From contig CBDANF010000003.1 in assembly GCA_965197475.1 (NCBI GenBank), positions 1,600,001 to 1,664,000 of the forward strand: a stretch of 64,000 nucleotides of DNA, in the 5' to 3' direction. Position 1 is the stretch's first letter. Every line of letters starts with the position of its first letter. The DNA comes from Candidatus Poribacteria bacterium. Lineage in GTDB: Bacteria; Poribacteria; WGA-4E; WGA-3G. The position numbers and the translations under genes were made by a program. The notes below the pieces were generated by a model. It saw nothing but the letters and a program-made list of their open reading frames with translations. It was not told the origin of the DNA and did not search any database. Below, piece after piece: positions 30,324 to 39,813 of this stretch.

Positions 30324-31248
30324 GAGGGTATTGCCTAACTAATGGTATTTGATGTTAGTTTATCGAGATTTAAAATGTCAAATACATTTCCATTAACACG
30401 AAATCGGGCAAACAAGGCAATCGTTAGATTTACCATCTCCACGCCTTTTGAAACAATAATTGATTTGCGCTTGAAACGTCCAAACCAATGCCGCATCAGG
30501 CAGTTGTTGCGTTCAATGCGATGTGTTTCCGCTTTCGTCTGAACATGTTTTGAGGCAGGTAATACGGATGTATAGACCTGCCACTTGTCCGTATAATATA
30601 TTTCAACGTTCAATGCAGAGAGGCGATCAATGAGTTTTGCCAGCGTTTGTTTATCGCGTCCACCACATTTCCAGTCAATAAGATGTGCGGTGTTTCTATC
30701 AAAGGCTTTCCATATCCAAAGTTTGTTCTTTTTGTTGCCGAGGTAGTGCCACATCTCATCAAGTTCAAGAATAACAACTTGGGTGTTGGACAGCTGAGGT
30801 TTTTGGGCATGAGTTTTTGCGAATGTCCGTATCCATTTTAGCACCGAGGAAACATGAACAGAGAACAAATTGGAGATAGCGTTCATTGAAATACCATGAC
30901 AATATAACAAGACAGCGAACCTCTTTTGTTCGGGTGGATGTCCACGGGGTGTTGTCCGTGTCCATTGGTATTGACAGTGCGGACATCTATAGCGTTGAAC
31001 TTTGTTGACGTGTCCGTATTTAACGAAGTGTGTTGATTGATTGACATCTTGGACAGTTCACAGTATGCCTCCGGTGCGTTGATTGTTTTCGGAGATAAGC
31101 ATACAGTGTCTATCAAAAGAAGTCAAGCAAGATAACCATTTTTCTTGAAGGTTTTGCCAAGTATGTTATCATCTTTACAATTGATGCCATATAATGCGGT
31201 TAAGAGGAGTACCGATAGTTCAGGAATCATTAGTTAGGCAATACTCTC
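30324..31248 (-). mobile_element. IS1-family insertion sequence
   Basis: 23-bp inverted repeats (30324-30346 and 31226-31248, 21/23 match) around the transposase. No target duplication was found. Confidence 0.85.
30335..31061 (-). pseudogene. IS1-family transposase, frameshifted by a 4-bp duplication
   Basis: CPRC..QRYRCPHC zinc ribbon, ELDEMW, YYTDKW, IERNN. Removing one ATCA at about 31035-31043 joins the GTG at 31061 to the 30335 ORF. Confidence 0.85.
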
Positions 31249-31264
31249 TTCATATCGTTGTTTA

Positions 31265-31960
31265 TCACTCGTCAATTGGTATTGTTTCTGTGCTTGTTGT
31301 GATGGTTACCTCTAAATTATGTCCTTCTATCAGAGACGGATCTATCTGACGTAGCACCGTGAGGACATGCATCAATTGCCTATGATTTTCCTGCTGTTCC
31401 TCAGGTAAAACCTCGATCCATGCCTCAAAAAGCGCAGTGAGATCCTCAAGTTCGACGGGACCCCCGGACATCTGTTTTAGTCTGTCTATTATTGCTTCAA
31501 CTGCTTCTTCGGATTGACCATATTTCTCCTGCAGATACGCCTGTGCATTTGCAAAGTCTTCCTCCTCTGTTTCTCCATCTAAGAGTGAAGTAACTTCCTC
31601 TGGTAACCCAAAAGCGGGAAGCAGGTGTGTCGGATCAAATTCGGATTCCTCTGTTTTTTCTGCCGATACTTTTTTATCTTCTGTGATATCAATCGGCTCA
31701 GACTCAACTGTGGTTTTTGGTTTAACTTCAAGATTTCCGTTAACCGATTCTGGTGATAGTATTGAATTAGATTGTTCGGAAGACTTGATTGTATCATCTT
31801 CGGATACAGATTCAGATGGCGTAGTGGACTGCGGAGGCACTCCAAGTTCTGATGTAAAACGTTTGTAACTCCACTGTGAGTATAAGTAGATGCTTGCTAG
31901 GAGAAGAATAGCAATAATTACTATACCCCCAATTGCTTTGAGATCAAGTTGTTTGAACAT
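31265..31960 (-). CDS. hypothetical membrane-anchored acidic protein
   Basis: 231-aa ORF with AGGAG RBS and N-terminal TM helix. Confidence 0.7.
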   Translation of the reverse strand: MFKQLDLKAIGGIVIIAILLLASIYLYSQWSYKRFTSELGVPPQSTTPSESVSEDDTIKSSEQSNSILSPESVNGNLEVKPKTTVESEPIDITEDKKVSAEKTEESEFDPTHLLPAFGLPEEVTSLLDGETEEEDFANAQAYLQEKYGQSEEAVEAIIDRLKQMSGGPVELEDLTALFEAWIEVLPEEQQENHRQLMHVLTVLRQIDPSLIEGHNLEVTITTSTETIPIDE

Positions 31961-32061
31961 GTTTTCTCCTTTTTCATTTATGGTAGGTGCGGTTTCCTAT
32001 CCGCACCATAAGTGTCAATTTTAGAAAAACCGCGGGTTTGTAGTCGCGCACTTCATTAAGA

Positions 32062-34542
32062 TTAAAAGGTGCGGGACCATTTGAAATTGGCTTGGTATCC
32101 GTGATCCTCCTCAAGGGCTCTTGCGAAGTTCAATCTGAAGATGCCGAGTTGGAAACCGATCCCAAGGTTAACTTTTGGATGCACATTTTTTATATCTTCC
32201 AAGTTGTGCCACGCTTGTCCGATATCTACGAAAGGTACAACGTAAATACCTTTTGCTAAACTATGAACATATTCCAAATTGAAGAGGAACCCGTGGTTCC
32301 CCTCAAATTCATAGAGTGAGTATCCGCGTAACGTTCCTGTGCCACCAAGAACAAATTGGCGTTGGTAAGGCAACATGTATGAGGTAGATGCAATTCCGAC
32401 TTTTAGACGTGTATCAAGCCTGTTTTCTCCGATAGGATGATAGTTGCGAAGATGTATCACAAAACGTGTGAAATCATACTCTGAACCGATTGCAGAATTA
32501 GAGTGTTCTACAAGAAATGTGTTATACCACTCGTTTTTATTTCCTCGGTTCTCAAGATCGTATCTGACTTCAGTGTTTTCTCGAGTGTCAAAATCATATT
32601 TTAAGGAGATACTATGCATTCTTCCATCATATATTGGTGAATTCTCCCTTGGTGCGTCTAAGTCGTACTTCCCGATTCTGAAGTAAATATGACTCTCTTG
32701 TATGCTTTCATGTTCTTCTAAAAGCATTGATAGTCCGAGTGTATGCTTCAGTGTTGCATTCTGCCATTGAAGTGCCATCACGCCACCTTGCCTGATATAG
32801 TAGTCTTGAAAATCGGAATTGAAGAATGCTCGCCAGAATTGCTCGCCGCCGCTCAGCAAGATGTCTCTATCTCTGACAGATGTTAACCGATGAATTTGGG
32901 TACTATATGTCAGATTTGATTTTTCACCGAATGTGACACCACCACCCAATCGATAATTGGGGGCTTTTGTCCGAAGCGAAAAACTCATACTGCCATATAC
33001 GAAGGGATTCGGTGTAAAGCGAGACCACATTCCGAAATTGTTTTCATTAAACTCAATTGATGCAGAATTAGCGTCAACATTTCGTCGAATCGTTTCCCCA
33101 GATCTATCAAAATAGAGCGGATCATGATACCATTGTTTTCCGAGTTCAAAGCCGCCACCGAGTCGCAGCATGTCAACAGGATTTAAACCGCTGGTATTCA
33201 CGAGGCGAAAAATGTTCCTACTTGTAGGGGAGACATCGTTGCCGTTAATATATATGCCAGACTCACGGTATTTGTTCTTTTCAAACGTATCTAACATTCC
33301 TTGCATAAGGGACGATTTTGAGGGTGGTAACACCCGCAGCCAATTTCCATCATTTTGGTATGACTTGTCTGCTCCGATATTTGACCACCAGGAATTTTCA
33401 CCTGTCCGTTGTTGTTTTCGGTCGAAGTTAATACCCATATGAGTCGGATCGGTAGTTTCTGGATAATCAAGTATCTGCCATGGGATTTGCATCTCTACAA
33501 CCCATCCGTCATCAACAATTTTAGATGCGACTTTCCATCGGTTTGACAAATTGGCTTTCTTTGATCGTCCAGACGCTAATTGAACATATTTCTTGCCATG
33601 TGGGTTTGCCATAAATAAAGTCCGATGTGCAGATTGATGTGTATGAAACGGGTCAATGCTAAAACATACTGTATCCTCGTTTACAAAACGGATGTTATCT
33701 TTGGTTTGACTGGCTACGATTTTCTTCGGTTGAGAATCGGAGAGGTGCCATGCGACGTAGATTGATTTGTCGGTGTAAACAATTTTAACTATTGTTTGGT
33801 CTTTGACTGGTTTATCAGTTTTTACATCAGTGAAGCCAGATGCTTGAGGTGCGATCTTCCAACATTTATCATCAAGCTTACCGTCAATGGTTGGCGGTTT
33901 TTCGATTTTTACAGCAAGCAACTCTTTTTGGGACGTTTCACTGTGCAAGTCAGATCCTGCCTTTGCCTTTAATGTGCTGTCAAGGTCAATATCAGTCATA
34001 CCGAAATTGCTTAAGTTTCCGAGCAATTCACTAATTCTATCTGGTGCGATTTCGCCGACAATATTAACAAAGGTGACCTCCCGCGGTTTTGAAGACATCA
34101 CGATGACAAAGATCCCGTAAACCAAATCATCATCAAACAGCAAACTGATTTCAACGATTTCATCTGATTCCTTGATTTTAACAAGAACTGCCCACTGATT
34201 TTTCTTCAGTACATTTCGGTAATAATTAACCAATGTGTTTGCGACAACTTCATCATCATCAGTTGTTTCGTAGGTTCGGACATAGATACCGTCAATCATC
34301 TGAATCAACTCTGTGACCTCTGGTTTTGCACTCATAGATTTGGTTACCAAATTAATGAGATTATCTGTCAGGTTGACTTCCACTTTTGGTTCGGGAGCAT
34401 TCGGTAAGTCAAAGCGAATACGTCCTTTTTGCTCCGTTTCATCCGGGCGTTCTTTTTGCGCTAATGCCTGGTGGATCGGTGCAATCCACAATCCAACACA
34501 AAACGCCGCGAACAACAGTATAAGGTGTCTTTGCAGTTTCAT
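32062..34542 (-). CDS. DUF4252 + CBM9-like + BamA/TamA-like beta-barrel fusion protein
   Basis: N-terminal domain similar to the 34746 gene, PPTIDGKLDD..GWVVEMQIPW, C-terminal LGGTGTLRGY, PFVDIG and terminal Phe. Confidence 0.75.
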   Translation of the reverse strand: MKLQRHLILLFAAFCVGLWIAPIHQALAQKERPDETEQKGRIRFDLPNAPEPKVEVNLTDNLINLVTKSMSAKPEVTELIQMIDGIYVRTYETTDDDEVVANTLVNYYRNVLKKNQWAVLVKIKESDEIVEISLLFDDDLVYGIFVIVMSSKPREVTFVNIVGEIAPDRISELLGNLSNFGMTDIDLDSTLKAKAGSDLHSETSQKELLAVKIEKPPTIDGKLDDKCWKIAPQASGFTDVKTDKPVKDQTIVKIVYTDKSIYVAWHLSDSQPKKIVASQTKDNIRFVNEDTVCFSIDPFHTHQSAHRTLFMANPHGKKYVQLASGRSKKANLSNRWKVASKIVDDGWVVEMQIPWQILDYPETTDPTHMGINFDRKQQRTGENSWWSNIGADKSYQNDGNWLRVLPPSKSSLMQGMLDTFEKNKYRESGIYINGNDVSPTSRNIFRLVNTSGLNPVDMLRLGGGFELGKQWYHDPLYFDRSGETIRRNVDANSASIEFNENNFGMWSRFTPNPFVYGSMSFSLRTKAPNYRLGGGVTFGEKSNLTYSTQIHRLTSVRDRDILLSGGEQFWRAFFNSDFQDYYIRQGGVMALQWQNATLKHTLGLSMLLEEHESIQESHIYFRIGKYDLDAPRENSPIYDGRMHSISLKYDFDTRENTEVRYDLENRGNKNEWYNTFLVEHSNSAIGSEYDFTRFVIHLRNYHPIGENRLDTRLKVGIASTSYMLPYQRQFVLGGTGTLRGYSLYEFEGNHGFLFNLEYVHSLAKGIYVVPFVDIGQAWHNLEDIKNVHPKVNLGIGFQLGIFRLNFARALEEDHGYQANFKWSRTF

Positions 34543-34588
34543 TGTGTTATTCTCCTTGCTGTATAGTGCTTCAATAGATAGGATACTA

Positions 34589-34705
34589 TTGGTCTGTCCA
34601 TCCTAAAATTACGGGTATGTGATTTGCTATAGGGCGAGGAAACAGCTATCGAAACCTCGCCCCTACGATCAACTTACCCTAAAAATAAAAGTGGACAGAA
34701 CACTA
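34589..34705. repeat. composite palindrome: outer TGTCCA../..TGGACA inverted repeat around a GGGCGAGG..CCTCGCCCCTAC hairpin
   Basis: Read directly from the sequence. Confidence 0.6.
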
Positions 34706-34745
34706 TGTTTATATGTAATATTGTTTCGGTTTATGAAGCATTTCG

Positions 34746-35288
34746 TTATTGTGATATTCCGATTTTTGTGTCAATTTTGAGGTTTTTCAAGAACTCAAGA
34801 TCGGATTTCATAACTTCCCCAAAGAGAATTCCGAGTTTCTGAAAATCGATTTTCCCGAAAATGTTCACGAAAGTAGTGTTATGCTCGTCAGTAAAGGATA
34901 TGAAAATGCCGTGGACTACACCAGGATCATCAGCGAAGAGTAGACTGACGCAAAGTTGGTCCTTAACCTTGATAAGGTTCTCCCATTTTTCCTTTTCGAG
35001 TGTGTTCTGATAGTGTTGTGACATTTCAGTCAGGTTTTCGGACTCTTTTTCATAAGTGTGAATGAAAACACCCTCAATCATCTCCGCGTATTCCGCATAT
35101 TCAGGCAGATTTATCGTGAAATTGATAAAGAGGTTGAAAAATTCTTTGTCCAAGTTGATTTCGACTGTAGGTGTTGGCGCATTTGGTAAGTTCATCTCAA
35201 TTTTTCCACGAATTGCATCGGTTTCCGCAATTCCGCTACCAAAAAAGCAGAATGCGAATAAAAGGGTTATGAGGCTAAGCTTTTTCAT
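34746..35288 (-). CDS. DUF4252 domain protein
   Basis: Signal peptide, VEINLD, WENLIKVK, FVNIFGKID, downstream of an ECF/anti-sigma pair. Confidence 0.75.
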   Translation of the reverse strand: MKKLSLITLLFAFCFFGSGIAETDAIRGKIEMNLPNAPTPTVEINLDKEFFNLFINFTINLPEYAEYAEMIEGVFIHTYEKESENLTEMSQHYQNTLEKEKWENLIKVKDQLCVSLLFADDPGVVHGIFISFTDEHNTTFVNIFGKIDFQKLGILFGEVMKSDLEFLKNLKIDTKIGISQ

Positions 35289-35968
35289 TGAGTATTTTCT
35301 CCTTCAATAGTTGAGGTAGATTCTGCTGGATTACCAGCAGTGCTGTTGAATTTAGGCATAATTGTATCTGTATATGGTATATCGCCGGTTAAGTGGTTAA
35401 GTATGCCCAGACTCCGATGAATTGCCGAAGAGATTTTTGCAGTCGGTTTTAGGGCACGACGCGGTGCCTCGTCAACCTTGAGAGATCCGAAACTATCGTT
35501 TACTGCAAGACCTGTTTTCTGAACCGCGTAATTCATCTTACTAAGTGCATAGTTGAAGTCACTTTTTGCTTGTTCAACAACAATATGTTGTTGATGTTGA
35601 TGAACGCCAAATACCACTATACCAACGAGACAGGCTATCGCGCTAAAGCGAAGAAACGGTATGCGTAAGAAATCAGAGAACGTAGATAATTGAAAAATCC
35701 GATGTATCCAACCACTGTTATTGGGATGTGCGCGAACATAAGCCGTAACCTCTCTTAAAATGTCGGGAGGTGACGTAGGTTTGGGAAGATCGTCTAAAAC
35801 CGTATCAATCGCTTGCGCCAAATGTAATTCGTGACTGCAGGTGTCACATGTGGAGAGATGAGATGCGATTGCGGATTCGGTGTCAGTATCCAAATCACCC
35901 GCAATGTATTCTTCCATGCATGTTTGGCAATCTGTGCAAGTTATGTCGCGTAGTGGATTCTGGTTCAT
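35285..35968 (-). CDS. zf-HC2 anti-sigma factor
   Basis: HLSTCDTC (HxxxCxxC) plus one TM helix, follows the ECF gene. Confidence 0.85.
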   Translation of the reverse strand: MNQNPLRDITCTDCQTCMEEYIAGDLDTDTESAIASHLSTCDTCSHELHLAQAIDTVLDDLPKPTSPPDILREVTAYVRAHPNNSGWIHRIFQLSTFSDFLRIPFLRFSAIACLVGIVVFGVHQHQQHIVVEQAKSDFNYALSKMNYAVQKTGLAVNDSFGSLKVDEAPRRALKPTAKISSAIHRSLGILNHLTGDIPYTDTIMPKFNSTAGNPAESTSTIEGENTQ

Positions 35969-35971
35969 CGT

Positions 35972-36505
35972 TTATTTCTCCATTAGGCAGTTCAATATTT
36001 CTCGCAGCTTCTTACGCGCACGAAATATGTTTGATTTCACGGTGTTTTCAGGTTGTTTTAGGACCTCTGCGATTTCCTTATAACTCATTTCTTCTAATTC
36101 CCGCATAACCACTAATGATCGCAAGTTTGGCGGTAATTCCTCAATTGCGCGATGGACTAACTGTTTGAGTTCCTGCTTGATGGAAATCTCATCTGGTGTC
36201 GGATTTGATTGGAATGAATGTTCATGTAGTAACATTTCAAGTGTTTCACCTTCTTCCTCTTCTTCAGATAAATGCACCTGAAATTTTCGGCGTTTCAGTT
36301 GATTAAAACAGAGATTCTGGACGCATTTCAGCAACCATGAGTGAGCAGTTTTGTGTCTTATTTTGGTGCGATGTTGCCATGCTCTGGTAAAGGTTTCTTG
36401 TGTCATATCTTTTGCGTCTTCGCTGTTTTTGAGTAGATAGAAAGCATGCCGATAAATCTTATCTTGATGCTTGCGGACCAGTTCAAGAAATTCGTCTTCT
36501 GTCAT
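35972..36505 (-). CDS. ECF RNA polymerase sigma factor
   Basis: DAKDMTQETFTRAW and MSYKEIAEVL..TVKSNIFRAR motifs. Confidence 0.92.
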   Translation of the reverse strand: MTEDEFLELVRKHQDKIYRHAFYLLKNSEDAKDMTQETFTRAWQHRTKIRHKTAHSWLLKCVQNLCFNQLKRRKFQVHLSEEEEEGETLEMLLHEHSFQSNPTPDEISIKQELKQLVHRAIEELPPNLRSLVVMRELEEMSYKEIAEVLKQPENTVKSNIFRARKKLREILNCLMEK

Positions 36506-36806
36506 GTCACAACTCCGCGCGCTCGGGGTTAACACTACTACAAACAAGTAGCAAAAAAGTTGCATCTTTTTGTATTTTTTGAAAATTTTGCGAAAAATGT
36601 AAGAGGTGCCAAATCATGCAGAATGCCACACGCGTATTCTGCCAAGCGTATTTAGCGTTGATTTGGCAATGAATTGCAATTGAACGCTGCAAGAATCAGA
36701 AAAGCCTCAATGCCGATATACAGGATCTAAAACCCATACAACCGACACCGAGGCTTTTGTGAAAAACCTAATTTTGCAATTGGTGAAACTCAGTTATATC
36801 CTTAAG

Positions 36807-38234
36807 TTAAAGCACAAAATCGAGAAGGAGCGATGGCAGAATACCGATGAGTAAAACGCCAATTGCTGCAACAGCTAATCCGATGACTAAGGTTGAGGGA
36901 TATGATTTGAACTCCAATTCCTCTTCCGGTTCACGCATATACATTGTTACGACAACGCGTAAGTAGTAGAACGCCGAAATCGCAGTATTGATTGCCCCAA
37001 CAATAACGAGTAGATAGAGTTTTGCCCCGATTGCGGATTTAAAGAGATAAAGTTTTCCGACAAATCCAGCAGTCGGGGGAAAACCCGTGAGGGAGAGAAG
37101 CATTACCGTCATAAACATGCTGAGTAACGGTTTGCGGAACCCGAGTCCTGCGTAATCGGAAATCATCAAATTCTCACCATCAGCGGTTCTTGCCAAAATA
37201 ACCGCACCGAATGCGCCGATATTCATTACGCAGTAAACAAGCAGATAGAGCATTGCACTTGATGTGCCCTCATCACTTGCTGCTGCTAAACCTATCAACA
37301 CGTAGCCAGCGTGTGCAATGCTTGAATATGCAAGCATGCGTTTGATGTTTGTTTGTGCTATGGCGATGATGTTGCCAACCGTCATTGTCAGCATTGCTAA
37401 TAGGATGATAACCCCGCTCCATTGAGGCTGTATATCTGGCAAAGCTTCCATAAAAATCCTAATAAACGCTGCAAATCCTGCTGCTTTTGGCCCCGCAGAG
37501 ATGAATGCAGCAATCGTGGTCGGTGCGCCTTCGTAAACATCAGGTGCCCATTGGTGGAACGGAACGATTGCAACCTTAAATCCGAATCCAACAATAAGTA
37601 GGAATGTGCCTGCTAAGAGAAGGGGAGATTGGCTCTCGGTGGTAAGTTCTTCAGCAATCTCCGGAATACTCGTTGTTCCAGCGGCACCGTAAATTAATGC
37701 GATTCCGTAGAGGAAAAATGCACTTGCGAACGCACCGAGCAGTAGGTACTTCATGCCTGCTTCGCTTGAAGCGGGACTTTCACGGAAATAGCCTGCTAAT
37801 ACATACAACGATAACGACATCAGTTCCAAGCCGAGGAAAACGATGATCAACTCATTGCCAGCAGCCATTAACATCATACCGAGCGTTGCAAGCAAGATAA
37901 GTAGGTAGTATGGTCCCTGTTTTTTATCACCTCTCCCTAAATAACTAATCGAAATTAAAGCAACCAAAATTGTAGAGACGAGAAAGATAATGTTAAAGAA
38001 GAGGGAATAACTATCCACTCTAAACATATCATTGAATTGGGTTTGATCTGTGCCAGCTTGTAGCATCCGAATGGATACCACTAAGGCAATCCCCGATCCA
38101 ACGATTGTCATCCATCCCAGGACCTTCTTTGAAATAGAGTCAAACATATCAAAGACAAGGACAATAAACAACGTTGTAACGATGACAAGTTGTGGCATTA
38201 ACAGTGACCAATTAATATCAGGTATATCAGGCAT
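36807..38234 (-). CDS. nuoN: NADH-quinone oxidoreductase subunit N
   Basis: EAGMKYLLLG, FKVAIVPFHQWAPDVYEGAP, KRMLAYSSIAHAGY motifs. Confidence 0.97.
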   Translation of the reverse strand: MPDIPDINWSLLMPQLVIVTTLFIVLVFDMFDSISKKVLGWMTIVGSGIALVVSIRMLQAGTDQTQFNDMFRVDSYSLFFNIIFLVSTILVALISISYLGRGDKKQGPYYLLILLATLGMMLMAAGNELIIVFLGLELMSLSLYVLAGYFRESPASSEAGMKYLLLGAFASAFFLYGIALIYGAAGTTSIPEIAEELTTESQSPLLLAGTFLLIVGFGFKVAIVPFHQWAPDVYEGAPTTIAAFISAGPKAAGFAAFIRIFMEALPDIQPQWSGVIILLAMLTMTVGNIIAIAQTNIKRMLAYSSIAHAGYVLIGLAAASDEGTSSAMLYLLVYCVMNIGAFGAVILARTADGENLMISDYAGLGFRKPLLSMFMTVMLLSLTGFPPTAGFVGKLYLFKSAIGAKLYLLVIVGAINTAISAFYYLRVVVTMYMREPEEELEFKSYPSTLVIGLAVAAIGVLLIGILPSLLLDFVL

Positions 38235-38325
38235 TCAATACCTCCGTTTTTAAACTCCAAAATAACAATATAGGTGTAGCATTAAGTTTCAGATAGTGAT
38301 TTTTTCTTTTAGGCAACGCGATCTC

Positions 38326-39813
38326 CTATCGTAAAAACACGAACGTCACAATCACAAAAAGCGGGACTAAAATTCCAACAGACCAGATCATATATCCAAA
38401 GAAACTCGGCATACGGATACCGCTCTGTTCCGCTATCGCCTTTACCATGAAATTTGGTGCGTTGCCGATATAGGTGTTTGCACCCATAAAAACTGCACCG
38501 ACAGAGATAGCAGTTAGCAATCTGACAAACTCAAGGTGTTGCGGATCAGTCAATTGACCAGATAAAATTTGTGGAACAACGGCTTCAGTCAGATGTAACT
38601 TTCCAAGAGCTGTGTTGAAGAACGTCAAATAAGTTGGTGCGTTGTCAAGGAAACTGGACAAACCGCCAGTTATCCAGAAATAGTGGATCGGTTCTTTAAT
38701 CGCGCCGATTAACCCGCTTAATTCGCCATTTTCACCAGCTTTCAGAATTGTCAATGCTGGAATAATCGTCATAAAGATACCAGCGAATACTTTTGCGACT
38801 TCTTCAATTGGTTCCCATGAAAACTCATTTGCTTGGCGCAATTCTCCACTAAATGGCGTAAACTTGAGCGATAATAAACCCATCACGACAATTAATACGT
38901 CGCGAGCAATATTCTGCCAATATACATGTACACCGAAGATATTCACCTCTCCCCACTTGAAAGAGCCACTCATTAAGACAGCGGCAACAATACCGAATAG
39001 GAAAACGAGATTAAAAAGTCCATCCACACGAATTGGTTCGTTGGTTCCATCGTCTGGTACTACACCGCCTTCCCGTTTAAACATAAACGTGTCTATTACA
39101 AAGAAAAGCGCGATCAAAAGGACACTGATGAACAACATGTGTGGGAAAAGAGCTGTCGTTGTCCAGAAGAAAGGCACGCCGTGCAGGAACCCCAAAAAGA
39201 GCGGCGGATCGCCAAGAGGCGTTAAGGATCCACCGATATTGCTGACCAAAAAGATGAAGAAGACAATCAGATGAACTTTATTCTTTCGATATGCGTTTGC
39301 GCGAATCAACGGACGGATGAGAAGCATTGATGCGCCAGTGGTCCCCACCCATGAAGCAATCGCAGTGCCGATTAACAATAGCAATGTGTTGACTATCGGG
39401 GTGCCACGCAACGTCCCTCGTACGAGAATACCGCCTGCTACTGTGAATAACCCCCATAAGAGAATGATGAACGGAATATAGTCTATCAAATAGATGTGCA
39501 GGATATCGTAAAACGCATCACCTCTGAAAACCGCGAGATATGGGATTGCAAAAATTAATGCCCATGCCAACGACATCTTCCCGCCGTGGTGGACAAGAAA
39601 ATGGGAATCCAGCACGAGTGGGAAAATTGCGATTGATAGGAGGATACCAACAAACGGAATAATGCTCCAAATAGGTAATTTTGCGCCATCTACACCATGG
39701 TGAACAGTTTCATCACCGTGTGTTTCGTCTGCTGCTAAAGTTTCTAATGAAACGGATAGCGTAAGACCCAAAATGACACAAAGAATGATACAAAATGCAA
39801 GTTTGGACTTCAC
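38326..39813 (-). CDS. putative sodium:proton antiporter (ion-transporter superfamily)
   Basis: GTTGASMLLIRP, SNIGGSLTPLGDPPLFLGF, SSFLDNAPTY, GANTYIGNAPNFMV motifs. Confidence 0.85.
   Translation of the reverse strand: MKSKLAFCIILCVILGLTLSVSLETLAADETHGDETVHHGVDGAKLPIWSIIPFVGILLSIAIFPLVLDSHFLVHHGGKMSLAWALIFAIPYLAVFRGDAFYDILHIYLIDYIPFIILLWGLFTVAGGILVRGTLRGTPIVNTLLLLIGTAIASWVGTTGASMLLIRPLIRANAYRKNKVHLIVFFIFLVSNIGGSLTPLGDPPLFLGFLHGVPFFWTTTALFPHMLFISVLLIALFFVIDTFMFKREGGVVPDDGTNEPIRVDGLFNLVFLFGIVAAVLMSGSFKWGEVNIFGVHVYWQNIARDVLIVVMGLLSLKFTPFSGELRQANEFSWEPIEEVAKVFAGIFMTIIPALTILKAGENGELSGLIGAIKEPIHYFWITGGLSSFLDNAPTYLTFFNTALGKLHLTEAVVPQILSGQLTDPQHLEFVRLLTAISVGAVFMGANTYIGNAPNFMVKAIAEQSGIRMPSFFGYMIWSVGILVPLFVIVTFVFLR

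Noticed and set aside
30333-31240. GCCTAAC...GTTAGGC as an attC site
   Set aside because: The motifs are about 900 bp apart and are part of the inverted repeats around the IS1-family transposase.
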